From: the human T2T-CHM13v2.0 reference genome, Homo sapiens
Direction: 5' to 3' (one strand)
Length of the DNA: 64,000 nucleotides
Assembly: GCF_009914755.1 (NCBI RefSeq)
Contig: NC_060940.1
The translations under genes were made by a program, and so were the position numbers. Position 1 is the first letter of the stretch, and each line of letters opens with the position of its first letter. The notes below the pieces were generated by a model, which had not been told where the DNA came from, made no database searches, and saw nothing but the letters and a program-made list of their open reading frames with translations. Of the stretch, positions 1 through 13,190 are shown piece by piece.

Positions 1-1003
1 AGATTATTCCATTTGAGTCCATTCGATGATGATTCCATTCCATTCCATTTGATGATTCCGTTTGATTCCATTCGATGATTCCCTTCGATTCCTTTCTTTG
101 ATGATTCCATTCCATTCCATTCAATGATTCCATTCGAATCTATTCCATGATGATTCCTTTCGATTCCATTCGCTGATGTTTCCGTTCAATTCCATTCGAT
201 GATGATTCCATTCGATTCCATTCATTGAGGATTCCATTTGATTCCATTCAATGATGATTCCATTCTATTCCATTCAATGATTGCATTCAATTCCATTCAA
301 TGATTATCCCCTTAGAGTAAACTCAACGATTCCATTCAATACCATTCGATGATGATTCCTTTTGAGTCCATTCAATGATTTCATTCAAGTCCATTTGATG
401 ATTCCTTTCAATTCCATTCTATGATGATTCCATTCGAGTCCATTCGATGATTCCATTCGATTGCATTCGATGATTCCATTATATTCCATTCAACGGTGAT
501 TCCATTCGAGTCCATTCCATGATTCCATTAGAGTACATTTAATGATTGCTTTGTTTTCAATTCGAAGATGATTACATTGGATTCCATTCTATGATACCAT
601 TCGATTCCATTCAATGATGATTCCACTCAAATCCATTGGATGATTCCATTCGTGTCCATTCGGTGATTTCATTAGATTCCATTCGAGGATGATTCCATTC
701 GATTCCATTCGATGATTCCATTCAATTCCATTAGATGATGATTCCATTCCAGTCCATATGATCATTCCATTCAATTCCATACGATGATGATTCCATTTGA
801 TTTGATTCGACAGTGAGCCATTTGATTCAATTCCATGATGATTCTATTTGATTCAATTGGTTGACATTTCCATTCGATTCCATTCGATGATGATTCCCTT
901 TGATTCCGTTCAAAGATGATTCCATTCTAGCCCATTCAATCATTCCATTCGATTCTATTCAATGATGATTCCATTCATGTCGATTTGGTGATTCCATTTG
1001 ACT
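1..1003 (+). repeat. Partial 6.1-kb unit carrying a 3,708-bp deletion (local period 2,404 bp)
   Basis: Bases 1-~765 match 2405-~3170 (ORF landmark 589 vs 2993, offset 2404). The sequence then jumps to the equivalent of ~6877 onward at the shared 'ttccatt' (765-771). Confidence 0.9.
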
Positions 1004-4000
1004 TCATTTGATGATGATTCCTTTCAAGTTCATTAGATGATTCCATTCGATTCCATTTGATGATGATCCCATTCGAATCCATTCAGTGATTCCATTCATT
1101 TCCATTCCATGATGATTCCATTCCTTTCCATTCAATGATTCCATTCGATTCCGTTTGATGATGATTTCATTCGAGTCCATTTGATGATTCCATTTGATTC
1201 CATTCGATGATGATTCCATTCGAGTCCATTCGATGATTCTATTCGAATCCATTTGATGATTTCTTTTGATTATATTTGGTGATGATTCCATTGGAGTCCA
1301 TTCAATGATTCCATTCTATTCCAATCGATGATGATTCCATTAGAGTCCATTTAATGATTCCATTTGATTCCAGTCTCTGATGATTACATTCGAGTCCATA
1401 CGATGATTCCACTCAATTCCATATGATGATGATTCCATTTGATTCCATTCGGTGATTCCATTCTATTCTATTCAATGGTGATTCCATTCGAGTACATTAG
1501 ATGATTCCATTCGATTCCATTCAATGATGATTCTATTTGTGTCCCTTAGATGATTCCACATGATTCCATTACATGATGATACTATTTGAGCCCATCCAAT
1601 GATTCCCTTCGATTCCATTCGATGAGGATTCCATTCGATTCAATTCATTGGTGATTCTATTCAATTCAATTCTTTGATTCCATTCCATTCCATTCGACAA
1701 TGATTCCATTCGATTTCTTTCGATGATTCCACTCGATTCCACTTGACATTGATTCCATTCGATTCCATTCAATGATTCCATTTGATTCCAGTGGATGATG
1801 ATTGCCATCGATTCCATTCGATCACTCCATTCTATTCCATTTGATGATGATTACATTCGATTCCATTTGATGATTCCATCTGATTCTATTCGAGGATTCC
1901 ATTTGATTCCATTCGATGATGATTCCATTCGAGTCCATTCGATGATTTCATTCGAGTACATCCAATGATTCCATTCGAGTCCATTAGATGATTCCGTTTG
2001 ATTCCATTTGAAAATGATTCTACTAGAGTCCATTCAATGACTCCATTCGAGTCCATTCAACAATTCCATTCGACTCCATTCGATGATTCCATTCGATTCC
2101 ATTTGATGGTTCCATTCGAGTCCATTTAATCATTACAGTCGAGTCCGTTTGGTGATTCCACTGGATTTCTTTTGATAATGATACCATTCAATTACATTTG
2201 ATGATGATCCCATTCAATTTCATTTGATGATGATTCCATTAGAGTCCATTCGATGATTTCATTCGAGTCCCTTCATTGATTCCATCCGATTTCATTGGAT
2301 GATGACTCCATTCGAGTCCATTCGATGATTCCACTCGATTCCATTAGATGACTCCATTGGAGTCCATTTGATTGTTCCATTCGATTCCATTCGATTCCTT
2401 TCGAAGATTATTCCATTTGAGTCCATTCGATGATGATTCCATTCCATTCCATTCGATGATTCCGTTTGATTCCATTCGATGATTCCCTTCGATTCCTTTC
2501 TTTGATGATTCCATTCCATTCCATTCAATGATTCCATTCGAATCTATTCCATGATGATTCCTTTCGATTCCATTCGCTGATGTTTCCGTTCAATTCCATT
2601 CGATGATGATTCCATTCGATTCCATTCATTGAGGATTCCATTTGATTCCATTCAATGATGATTCCATTCTATTCCATTCAATGATTTCATTCAATTCCAT
2701 TCAATGATTATCCCCTTAGAGTAAACTCAACGATTCCATTCAATACCATTCGATGATGATTCCTTTTGAGTCCATTCAATGATTTCATTCAAGTCCATTT
2801 GATGATTCCTTTCAATTCCATTCGATGATGATTCCATTCGAGTCCATTCGATGATTCCATTCGATTGCATTCGATGATTCCATTATATTCCATTCAACGG
2901 TGATTCCATTCGAGTCCATTCCATGATTCCATTAGAGTACATTTAATGATTGCTTTGTTTTCAATTCGAAGATGATTGCATTGGATTCCATTCTATGATA
3001 CCATTCGATTCCATTCAATGATGATTCCACTCAAATCCATTGGATGATTCCATTCGTGTCCATTCGGTGATTTCATTAGATTCCATTCGAGGATGATTCC
3101 ATTCGATTCCATTCGATGATTCCATTCAATTCCATTCGATGATGATTCCATTCCAGTCCATATGATCATTCCATTTGATTTCATTCGATGATGATTCCAT
3201 TCGATTCCATTCGACGATTCCATTCTATTCCATTCGATGATGATTCCATTCGAGTCCATTCGATCAATCCATTCGAGTCCATTTAATGATTCCATTGGGT
3301 TCAATTCAATGATGATTACATTGGATTCCGTTCTATGATTCCATTCAATTCCGTTCATTGACAATTTGATTCCATTCGATGATGATTCCATTTGAGTTCA
3401 TTCGATGATTCTATTCGATTCTCTTCGATGGTGATTCAATTTTATTATATTGGATAATTCCATTCGATTCCATTTGATGTTGATTCAATTCGATTCTATT
3501 CGATGATGATTCCATTGGATTTCACTTGATGATTCTATTCGATTCCATTCAATGATGATTCACTTCTCGTCCATTGGATGATTCCATTTCATTCCATTCG
3601 ATGATGATTCCATTTGATTCCATTCGTTGATTCCATTTGATTCCATGCGACGGTGAGCAATTCGATTCAATTCCATGATGATTCTATTTGATTCAATTAG
3701 ATGATGTTTCCATTCGAATCCATTCCATGATTATTCCATTGGAATCCATTCGGCGATGATTCCATATGAGTCAATTCAATGATGATTCCATATGGGTCCG
3801 TTCGATGATAATTCCATTTGATTTCATTCGATGCTTCTATTCTATTCCAGTCGATGATGATTCCGTTGGAGTCCATACGATGATTCCATTTGATTTCATT
3901 TGATGATGATTCCATTCGATGATGATTACATTGGATTCCATTCTATGATTCCATTCAATTCCATTCGTTGATGATTCGATTCCATTCAATGATGATTCCA

Positions 4001-7000
4001 TTTGAGTTCATTCGATGATTCTATTCGATTCCGTTCGATGGTGATTCAATTCTATTATATTGGATGATTCCACTCGATTCCATTTGATGATTATTCCATT
4101 GGAGTCCACTTAGTGAATCCTTTAGATTCTACTCGACGATGATTCCATTCGAGTCCATTCGATGATACCATTCAATTCCATTCGTTGATGCTTCCATTCA
4201 AGTGCATTCGATGATATCATTCGATTCCATTTGATGATAATTCCATTTGATTCCATGCGATGATTCTATTCGATTCCATTCAATGATAATTCCATTCAGT
4301 TCAGTGATTCCTCTGGACTCCATTTGATGATGATTCCATTGAATGATTCCATTTGATTCTATTCGAAAATGATTCCATTTGAATCCATTTGATGATGATT
4401 CCATTAGATTCCATTTGATGATTCCATTCGATTCCATTCGACGATGATTCCATTCGATTCCGTTTGATGATTCCATTCTATTCTATTCGATGATGATTCC
4501 ATTCGATTCCATTCGATGATGATTGGATTCGATTCCATTGGATGATTTCATTTGATTCCATTCGTTAATGATTTCGATCAATTCCATTCGATGATTCCAT
4601 TCGATTCCATTCGATAATGATTACATCCGAGTCCATTCGATGATTCCCTTTGAGCCTGTTCGATAATTCCATTTGAGTCCAACCAATGATTCCATTCATT
4701 TCCATTCAATGATTCCATTCGAGTCCATTTGATCATTCCGGTAGGGTCCATTCGATGTTGATTCCATTGGAGTGCATTCGATGATTCCATTCGAGTCCAT
4801 TTTAGGATTTGATTCGAGTCCTTTCGATGATTCCATTCGATTCCACTCGATGATGATTTCATTCGAGTCCATTCGACACTTCCAATCGATTCCATTTGAT
4901 GATTCCATTCGAGTCCAATTGATGATTCCATTCAATTCCATTCGATGATGATTCCGTACGATTCCATTCTGTGATGATTCCATGTGATTGCATTCAATGA
5001 TGATTCCTTTCGATTGCATTCGATTATGATTCATTTCGTGTTCATTCTATGGTTCCACAGGTTTCCATTCGTGTCCATTCCATTATTCCATTCTATTCCA
5101 TTTGATGATGATTCCGTTCGATTCCATTCATTGGTGATTCCACTCAATTCCATTCAATGATTCCATTCCATTTCTTTCAACAATGATTCCATTAGTTTCT
5201 AATCGATGATCCACTTGATTCCATTTGACGACGATTCCATTCTTGTCCATTCGATGATTCCATTTGATTCCATATGATGATGATTCCATTCGATTCCATA
5301 CCATGATGATTCCATTCGAGTCCATTCAATGGTGATTCCATTCAATTCCATTCGATGATTCCTTTTGATTCCATTCGATGATGATGGCATTCGATTCCTT
5401 TCAATCATTCCCTTTGATTCCATTCAAAGGTGATTTCATTCAAGTCCATTCGATAATTGCATTCGATTCCATTCTATGATGATTCCATTCGAGTCCATTT
5501 GATGATTCCATTCAATTCAAGTCAATGATGATTCCATTCGATTCCATTCGATGATTCCATTGGATTCCATTCGATGATGATTCCATTCAAATCCATTCGA
5601 TAATTCAATTCAAGTCCATTCGATGATGATTCCAATCGAATCCATTCAAAGATTCCATTCAGTTCCATTCGATGATTCCCTTAGATTCCATTCGATGATT
5701 CCACTTGATTGCATTTACGATGATTCCATTCGATTCCATGTGATGATTCCATTCAATTCTATTCAATGATGTCTCCATTTGATTCCATTCGACCATGATT
5801 GCCTTTGATTCCATTCAATGATTCCATTCGGTTCCGTTTGATGATGATTCCGTTCGATTCCATTTGATGATTCCATTTGATTCCATTGGATGAGTCCATT
5901 CGATTACATTCGATGATTATTCCATTCGAGTGCATTAGATGATTCCATTCGAGTCCATTCGATGATTCCATTCGATTCCATTCGATGTTGATTCTGTTCA
6001 AATCCATTCGATGATTCCACTCGATTCCATTCGTTGACTCCATTTGATCCCATTCGATGATTTCCTTTGATTCCCTTTGATGATCATTCCATTTGATTCA
6101 ATTCGGTGATTTCATTTGATTCCATTCAGTGATGTTTCCATTCGACTCCATTCGATGATGATTCCATTCGACTCCATTCGATTATGATTTCATTCAATTC
6201 CATTCGATAATGATTCCCTTCGAGTCCATTCGATGATTCCATTCGATTCCATTCAACAATGATTTGATTCGTGTCCATTCGATGATTCCATTTGATTCCA
6301 CATGATGATGATTCCATTCGAGTCCATTTGATGATTCCATTCAATTCCATACTCCGATGATTTCTTTTGAGCCCACTCAATGCTTCCACTCGATTCCATA
6401 TGATGATGACTCCATTCGATGAAATTCGATGATGATTCCATTCGCTTGCTTTCGATGATGATTCCACTTGAGTCCGTTAGAAGATTCTATTCAATTACAT
6501 TCCATGACAATTCCGTTCGAGTCCATTTGATGATTCCATTAGACTCCATTCGACGATGATTCCATTCGATGTTATTCGATGATTCCATTCGATCTCATTC
6601 GATGATGATTCCATTCAACTCCATTCGATGTTTCCATTCGAGTTCATTCTATTATTCCATTAGATTCCATTCGATGATGATTCCATTCGATTCCATTTGA
6701 TGATTGCATTCTATTTCATTTGATGATGATTCCATTCGAGTCCACTCGATGATTCCATTCGAGTCCATTTAATGAATCCATTGGTTTCAATTCTATGATG
6801 ATTACATTGGATTCCATTCGTTGATGATTTCATTCGGTTCCATTCAATGATGATTCCATTCAATTCCTTTCAGTGTTTCCATTCAATTCCATACGATGAT
6901 GATTCCATTTGATTTGATTCGACAGTGAGCCATTCGATTCAATTCCATGATGATTCTATTTGATTCAATTGGTTGACATTTCCATTCGATTCCATTCGAT

Positions 7001-7115
7001 GATGATTCCCTTTGATTCCGTTCAAAGATGATTCCATTCTAGCCCATTCAATCATTCCATTCGATTCTATTCAATGATGATTCCATTCATGTCGATTTGG
7101 TGATTCCATTTGACT
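1004..7115 (+). repeat. HSat2 higher-order unit 1, canonical length 6,112 bp (phase arbitrary)
   Basis: The landmark 'gact|tcatttgatgatgattcctttcaagttcattag' occurs at 1004 and 7116. This unit is used as the reference. Confidence 0.93.
3689..3699 (-). promoter_or_regulatory. DUX4-consensus motif TAATTGAATCA (TAAYBBAATCA), one copy per full unit; binding untested
   Basis: The + strand 'tgattcaatta' occurs at 3689, 9778, 15872, 23736, 29847, 35389, 41451, 47759, 54067 and 60179. DUX4 is known to activate HSATII transcription. This is a motif match only. Confidence 0.4.
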
Positions 7116-10100
7116 TCATTTGATGATGATTCCTTTCAAGTTCATTAGATGATTCCATTCGATTCCATTTGATGATGATCCCATTCGAGTCCATTCAGTG
7201 ATTCCATTCGTTTCCATTCCATGATGATTCCATTCCTTTCCATTCAATGATTCCATTCGATTCCGTTTGATGATGATTTCATTCGAGTCCATTTGATGAT
7301 TCCATTTGATTCCATTCGATGATGATTCCATTCGAGTCCATTCGATGATTCTATTCGAATCCATTTGATGATTTCTTTTGATTATATTTGGTGATGATTC
7401 CATTGGAGTCCATTCAATGATTCCATTCGATTCCAATCGATGATGATTCCATTAGAGTCCATTTAATGATTCCACTTGATTCCAGTCTCTGATGATTACA
7501 TTCGAGTCCATACGATGATTCCACTCAATTCCATATGATGATGATTCCATTTGATTCCATTCGGTGATTCCATTCTATTCTATTCAATGGTGATTCCATT
7601 CGAGTACATTAGATGATTCCATTCGATTCCATTCAATGATGATTCTATTTGTGTCCCTTAGATGATTCCACATGATTCCATTACATGATGATACTATTTG
7701 AGCCCATCCAATGATTCCCTTCGATTCCATTCGATGAGGATTCCATTCGATTCAGTTCATTGGTGATTCTATTCAATTCAATTCTTTGATTCCATTCCAT
7801 TCCATTCGACAATGATTCCATTCGATTTCTTTCGATGATTCCACTCGATTCCACTTGACATTGATTCCCTTCGATTCCATTCAATGATTCCATTTGATTC
7901 CAGTGGATGATGATTGCCATCGATTCCATTCGATCACTCCATTCTATTCCATTTGATGATGATTACATTCGATTCCATTTGACGATTCCATCTGATTCTA
8001 TTCGAGGATTCCATTTGATTCCATTCGATGATGATTCCATTCGAGTCCATTCGATGATTTCATTCGAGTACATCCAATGATTCCATTCGAGTCCATTAGA
8101 TGATTCCATTTGATTCCATTTGAAAATGATTCTACTAGAGTCCATTCAATGACTCCATTCGAGTCCATTCAACAATTCCATTCGACTCCATTCGATGATT
8201 CCATTCGATTCCATTTGATGGTTCCATTCGAGTCCATTTGGTGATTCCACCGGATTTCTTTTGATAATGATATCATTCAATTACATTTGATGATGATCCC
8301 ATTCAATTTCATTTGATGATGACTCCATTAGACTCCATTCGATGATTTCATTCGAGTCCCTTCATTGATTCCATCCGATTTCATTGGATGATGACTCCAT
8401 TCGAGTCCATTCGATGATTCCACTCGATTCCATTAGATGATTCCATTGGAGTCCATTTGATTGTTCCATTCGATTCCATTCGATTCCTTTCGAAGATTAT
8501 TCCATTTGAGTCCATTCGATGATGATTCCATTCCATTCCATTCGATGATTCCGTTTGATTCCATTCGATGATTCCCTTTGATTCCTTTCTTTGATGATTC
8601 CATTCCATTCCATTCAATGATTCCATTCGAATCTATTCCGTGATGATTCCTTTCGATTCCATTCGCTGATGTTTCCGTTCAATTCCATTCGGTGATGATT
8701 CCATTCGATTCCATTCATTGAGGATTCCATTTGATTCCATTCAATGATGATTCCGTTCTATTCCATTCAATGATTGCATTCAATTCCATTCAATGATTAT
8801 CCCCTTAGAGTAAACTCAACGATTCCATTCAATACCATTCGATGATGATTCGTTTTGAGTCCATTCAATGATTTCATTCAAGTCCATTTGATGATTCCTT
8901 TCAATTCCATTCTATGATGATTCCATTCGAGTCCATTCGATGATTCCATTCGATTGCATTCGATGATTCCATTATATTCCAGTCAACGATGATTCCATTC
9001 GAGTCCATTCGATGATTCCATTAGAGTACATTTAATGATTGCTTTGTTTTCAATTCGAAGATGATTACATTGGATTCCATTCTTTGATACCATTCGATTC
9101 CATTCAATGATGATTCCACTCAAATCTATTGGATGATTCCATTCGTTTCCGTTCGGTGATTTCATTAGATTCCATTCGAGGATGATTCCATTCGATTCCA
9201 TTCGATGATTCCATTCAATTCCATTCGATGATGATTCCATTCCAGTCCATATGATCATTCCATTTGATTTCATTCGATGATGATTCCATTCGATTCCATT
9301 CGACGATTCCATTCTATTCCATTCGATGATGATTCCATTCGAGTCCATTCGATGATTCCATTCGAGTCCATTTAATGATTCCATTGGGTTCAATTCAATG
9401 ATGATTACATTGGATTCCGTTCTATGATTCCATTCAATTCCGTTCATTGACAATTTGATTCCATTCGATGATGATTCCATTTGAGTTCATTCGATGATTC
9501 TATTCGATTCTCTTCGATGGTGATTCAATTCTATTATATTGGATGATTCCATTCGATTCCATTTCATGTTGATTCAATTCGATTCTATTCGATGATGATT
9601 CCATTGGATTTCACTTGATGATTCTATTCGATTCCATTCAATGATGATTCACTTCTCGTCCATTGGATGATTCCATTTCATTCCATTCGATGATGATTCC
9701 ATTCGATTCCATTCGATGATTCCATTTCATTCCATGCGACGGTGAGCAATTCGATTCAATTCCATGATGATTCTATCTGATTCAATTAGATGATGTTTCC
9801 ATTCGAATCCATTCCATGATTATTCCATTGGAATCCATTCGGCGATGATTCCATATGAGTCAATTCAATGATGATTCCATATGGGTCCGTTCGATGACAA
9901 TTCCATTTGATTTCATTCGGTGCTTCTATTCAATTCCAGTCGATGATGATTCCGTTGGAGTCCATACGATGATTCCATTTGATTTCATTTGATGATGATT
10001 CCATTCGATGATGATTACATTGGATTCCATTCTATGATTCCATTCAATTCCATTCGTTGATGATTCGATTCCATTCAATGATGATTCCATTTGAGTTCAT

Positions 10101-13100
10101 TCGATGATTCTATTCGATTCCGTTCGATGGTGATTCAATTCTCTTATATTGGATGAATCCACTCGATTCCATTTGATGATTATTCCATTGGAGTCCACTT
10201 AGTGAATCCTTCAGATTCTACTCGAAGATGATTCCATTCAAGTCCATTCGATGATACCATTCAATTCCATTCGTTGATGCTTCCATTCAAGTGCATTCGA
10301 TGATATCATTCGATTCCATTTGATGATAATTCCATTTGATTCCATGCGATGATTCTATTCGATTCCATTCAATGATAATTCCATTCAGTTCAGTGATTCC
10401 TCTGGACTCCATTTGATGATGATTCCATTCAATGATTCCATTCGATTCTATTTGAAAATGATTCCATTTGAATCCATTTGATGATGATTCCATTAGATTC
10501 CATTTGATGATTCCATTCGATTCCATGCGACGATGATTCCATTCGATTCCATTTGATGATTCCATTCTATTCTATTCGATGATGATTCCATTTGATTCCA
10601 TTCGATGATGATTGGATTCGATTCCATTTGATGATTTCATTTGATTCCATTCGTTAATGATTTCGATCAATTCCATTCGATGATTCCATTCGATTCCATT
10701 CGATAATGATTACATCCGTGTGCATTCAATGATTCCATTTGAGCCTCTTCGATAATTCCATTTGAGTCCAACCAATGATTCCATTCATTTCCATTCAACG
10801 TTTCCATTCGAGTCCATTTGATCATTCCGGTAGGGTCCATTCGATGTTGATTCCATTGGAGTGCATTCGATGATTCCATTCGAGTCCATTTTATGATTTG
10901 ATTCGAGTCCTTCGATGATTCCATTCGATTCCACTCGATGATGATTTCATTCGAGTCCATTCGACACTTCCAATCGATTCCATTTGATGTTTCCATTCGA
11001 GTCCAATCGATGATTCCATTCAATTCCATTCGATGATGATTCCGTATGATTCCATTCTGTGATGATTCCATGTGATTGCATTCAATGATGATTCCTTTAG
11101 ATTGCATTCGATTGTGATTCATTTCGTCTTCATTCTATGGTTCCACAGGTTTCCATTCGTGTCCATTCCATTATTCCATTCTATTCCATTTGATGATGAT
11201 TCCATTCGATTCCATTCATTGGTGATTCCACTCAATTCCATTCCATTTCTTTCAACAATGATTCCATTAGTTTCTATTCGATGATCCACTTGATTGCATT
11301 TGACGACGATTCCATTCGTGTCCATTCGATGATTCCATTTGATTCCATATGATGATGATTCCATTCGATTCCATACGATGATGATTCCATTCGAGTCCAT
11401 TCAATGGTGATTCCATTCAATTCCATTCGATGATTCCTTTCGATTCCATTCGATGATGATGGCATTCGATTCCTTTCAATCATTCCCTTTGATTGCATTC
11501 AAAGGTGATTTCATTCAAGTCCATTCGATAATTGCATTCGATTCCATTCTATGGTGATTCCATTCGAGTCCATTTGATGATTCCATTCAATTCAAGTCAA
11601 TGATGATTCCATTCGATTCCATTCGATGATTCCATTGGATTCCATTCGATGATGATTCCATTCAAATCCATTCGATAATTCAATTCAAGTCCATTCGATG
11701 ATGATTAAAATCGAATCCATTCAAAGATTCCATTCAGTTCCATTCGATGATTCCCTTAGATTCCATTCGATGATTCCACTTGATTTCATTTACGATGATT
11801 CCATTCGATTCCATGTGATGATTCCATTCAATTCTATTCAATGCTGTTTCCATTTGATTCCATTCGACCATGATTGCCTTTGATTCCATTCAATGACTCC
11901 ATTCGGTTCCTTTTGATGATGATTCCGTTCGATTCCATTTCATTATTCCATTTGATTCCATTGGATGAGTCCATTCGATTACATTCGATGATTATTCCAT
12001 TCGAGTGCATTAGATGATTCCATTCGAGTCCATTCGATGATTCCATTCGATTCCATTCGATGTTGATTCTGTTCAAATCCATTCGATGATTCCACTCGAT
12101 TCCATTCGATGACTCCAGTTGATCCCATTCGATGATTTCCTTTGATTCCCTTTGATGATCATTCCATTTGATTCAATTCGGTGATTTCATTTGATTCCAT
12201 TCAGTGATGTTTCCATTCGACTCCATTCGATGATGATTCCATTCGACTCCATTCGATTATGATTTCATTCAATTCCATTCGATAATGATTCCCTTCGAGT
12301 CCATTCGATGATTCCATTCGATTCCATTCAACGATGATTTGATTCGTGTCCATTCGATGATTCCATTTGATTCCACTTGATGATGATTCCATTCGAGTCC
12401 ATTTGATGATTCCATTCAATTCCATTCTCCGATGATTTCTTTTGAGCCCATTCAATGCTTCCACTCGATTCCATATGATGATGACTCCATTCGATGAAAT
12501 TCGATGACGATTCCATTCGCTTGCATTCGATGATGATTCCACTTGAGTCCGTTAGAAGATTCTATTCAATTACATTCCATGACGATTCCGTTCGAGTCCA
12601 TTTGATGATTCCATTAGACTCCATTCGACGATGATTCCATTCGATGTTATTCGATGATTCCATTCGATCTCATTCGATGATGATTCCATTCAACTCCATT
12701 CGATGTTTCCATTCGAGTTCATTCTATTATTCCATTAGATTCCATTCGATGATGATTCCATTCGATTCCATTTGATGATTGCATTCTATTTCATTTGATG
12801 ATGATTCCATTCGAGTCCACTCGATGATTCCATTCGAGTCCATTTAATGAATCCATTGGTTTCAATTCTATGATGATTACATTGGATTCCATTCGTTGAT
12901 GATTTCATTCGGGTCCATTCAATGATGATTCAATTCAATTCCTTTCAATGTTTCCATTCAATTCCATACGATGATGATTCCATTTGATTTGATTCGACAG
13001 TGAGCCATTCGATTCAATTCCATGATGATTCTATTTGATTCCATTGGTTGACATTTCCATTCGATTCCATTCGATGATGATTCCCTTTGATTCCATTCAA

Positions 13101-13190
13101 AGATGATTCCATTCTAGCCCATTCAATCATTCCATTCGATTCTATTCAATGATGATTCTATTCATGTCGATTTGGTGATTCCATTTGACT
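7116..13190 (+). repeat. Unit 2, 6,075 bp (deletions of 23, 1 and 13 bp)
   Basis: Landmark offsets shift by -23 (~8239, loss of 'aatcattacagtcgagtccattt'), -1 (~10911) and -13 (~11240). 6112-37=6075. Confidence 0.9.

Noticed and set aside
6478-6492. Heat-shock-element-like 'aGAAgaTTCt'
   Set aside because: It has only two inverted nGAAn units, which is expected by chance in TTC-rich satellite. HSF1 stress bodies are mainly associated with HSat3.
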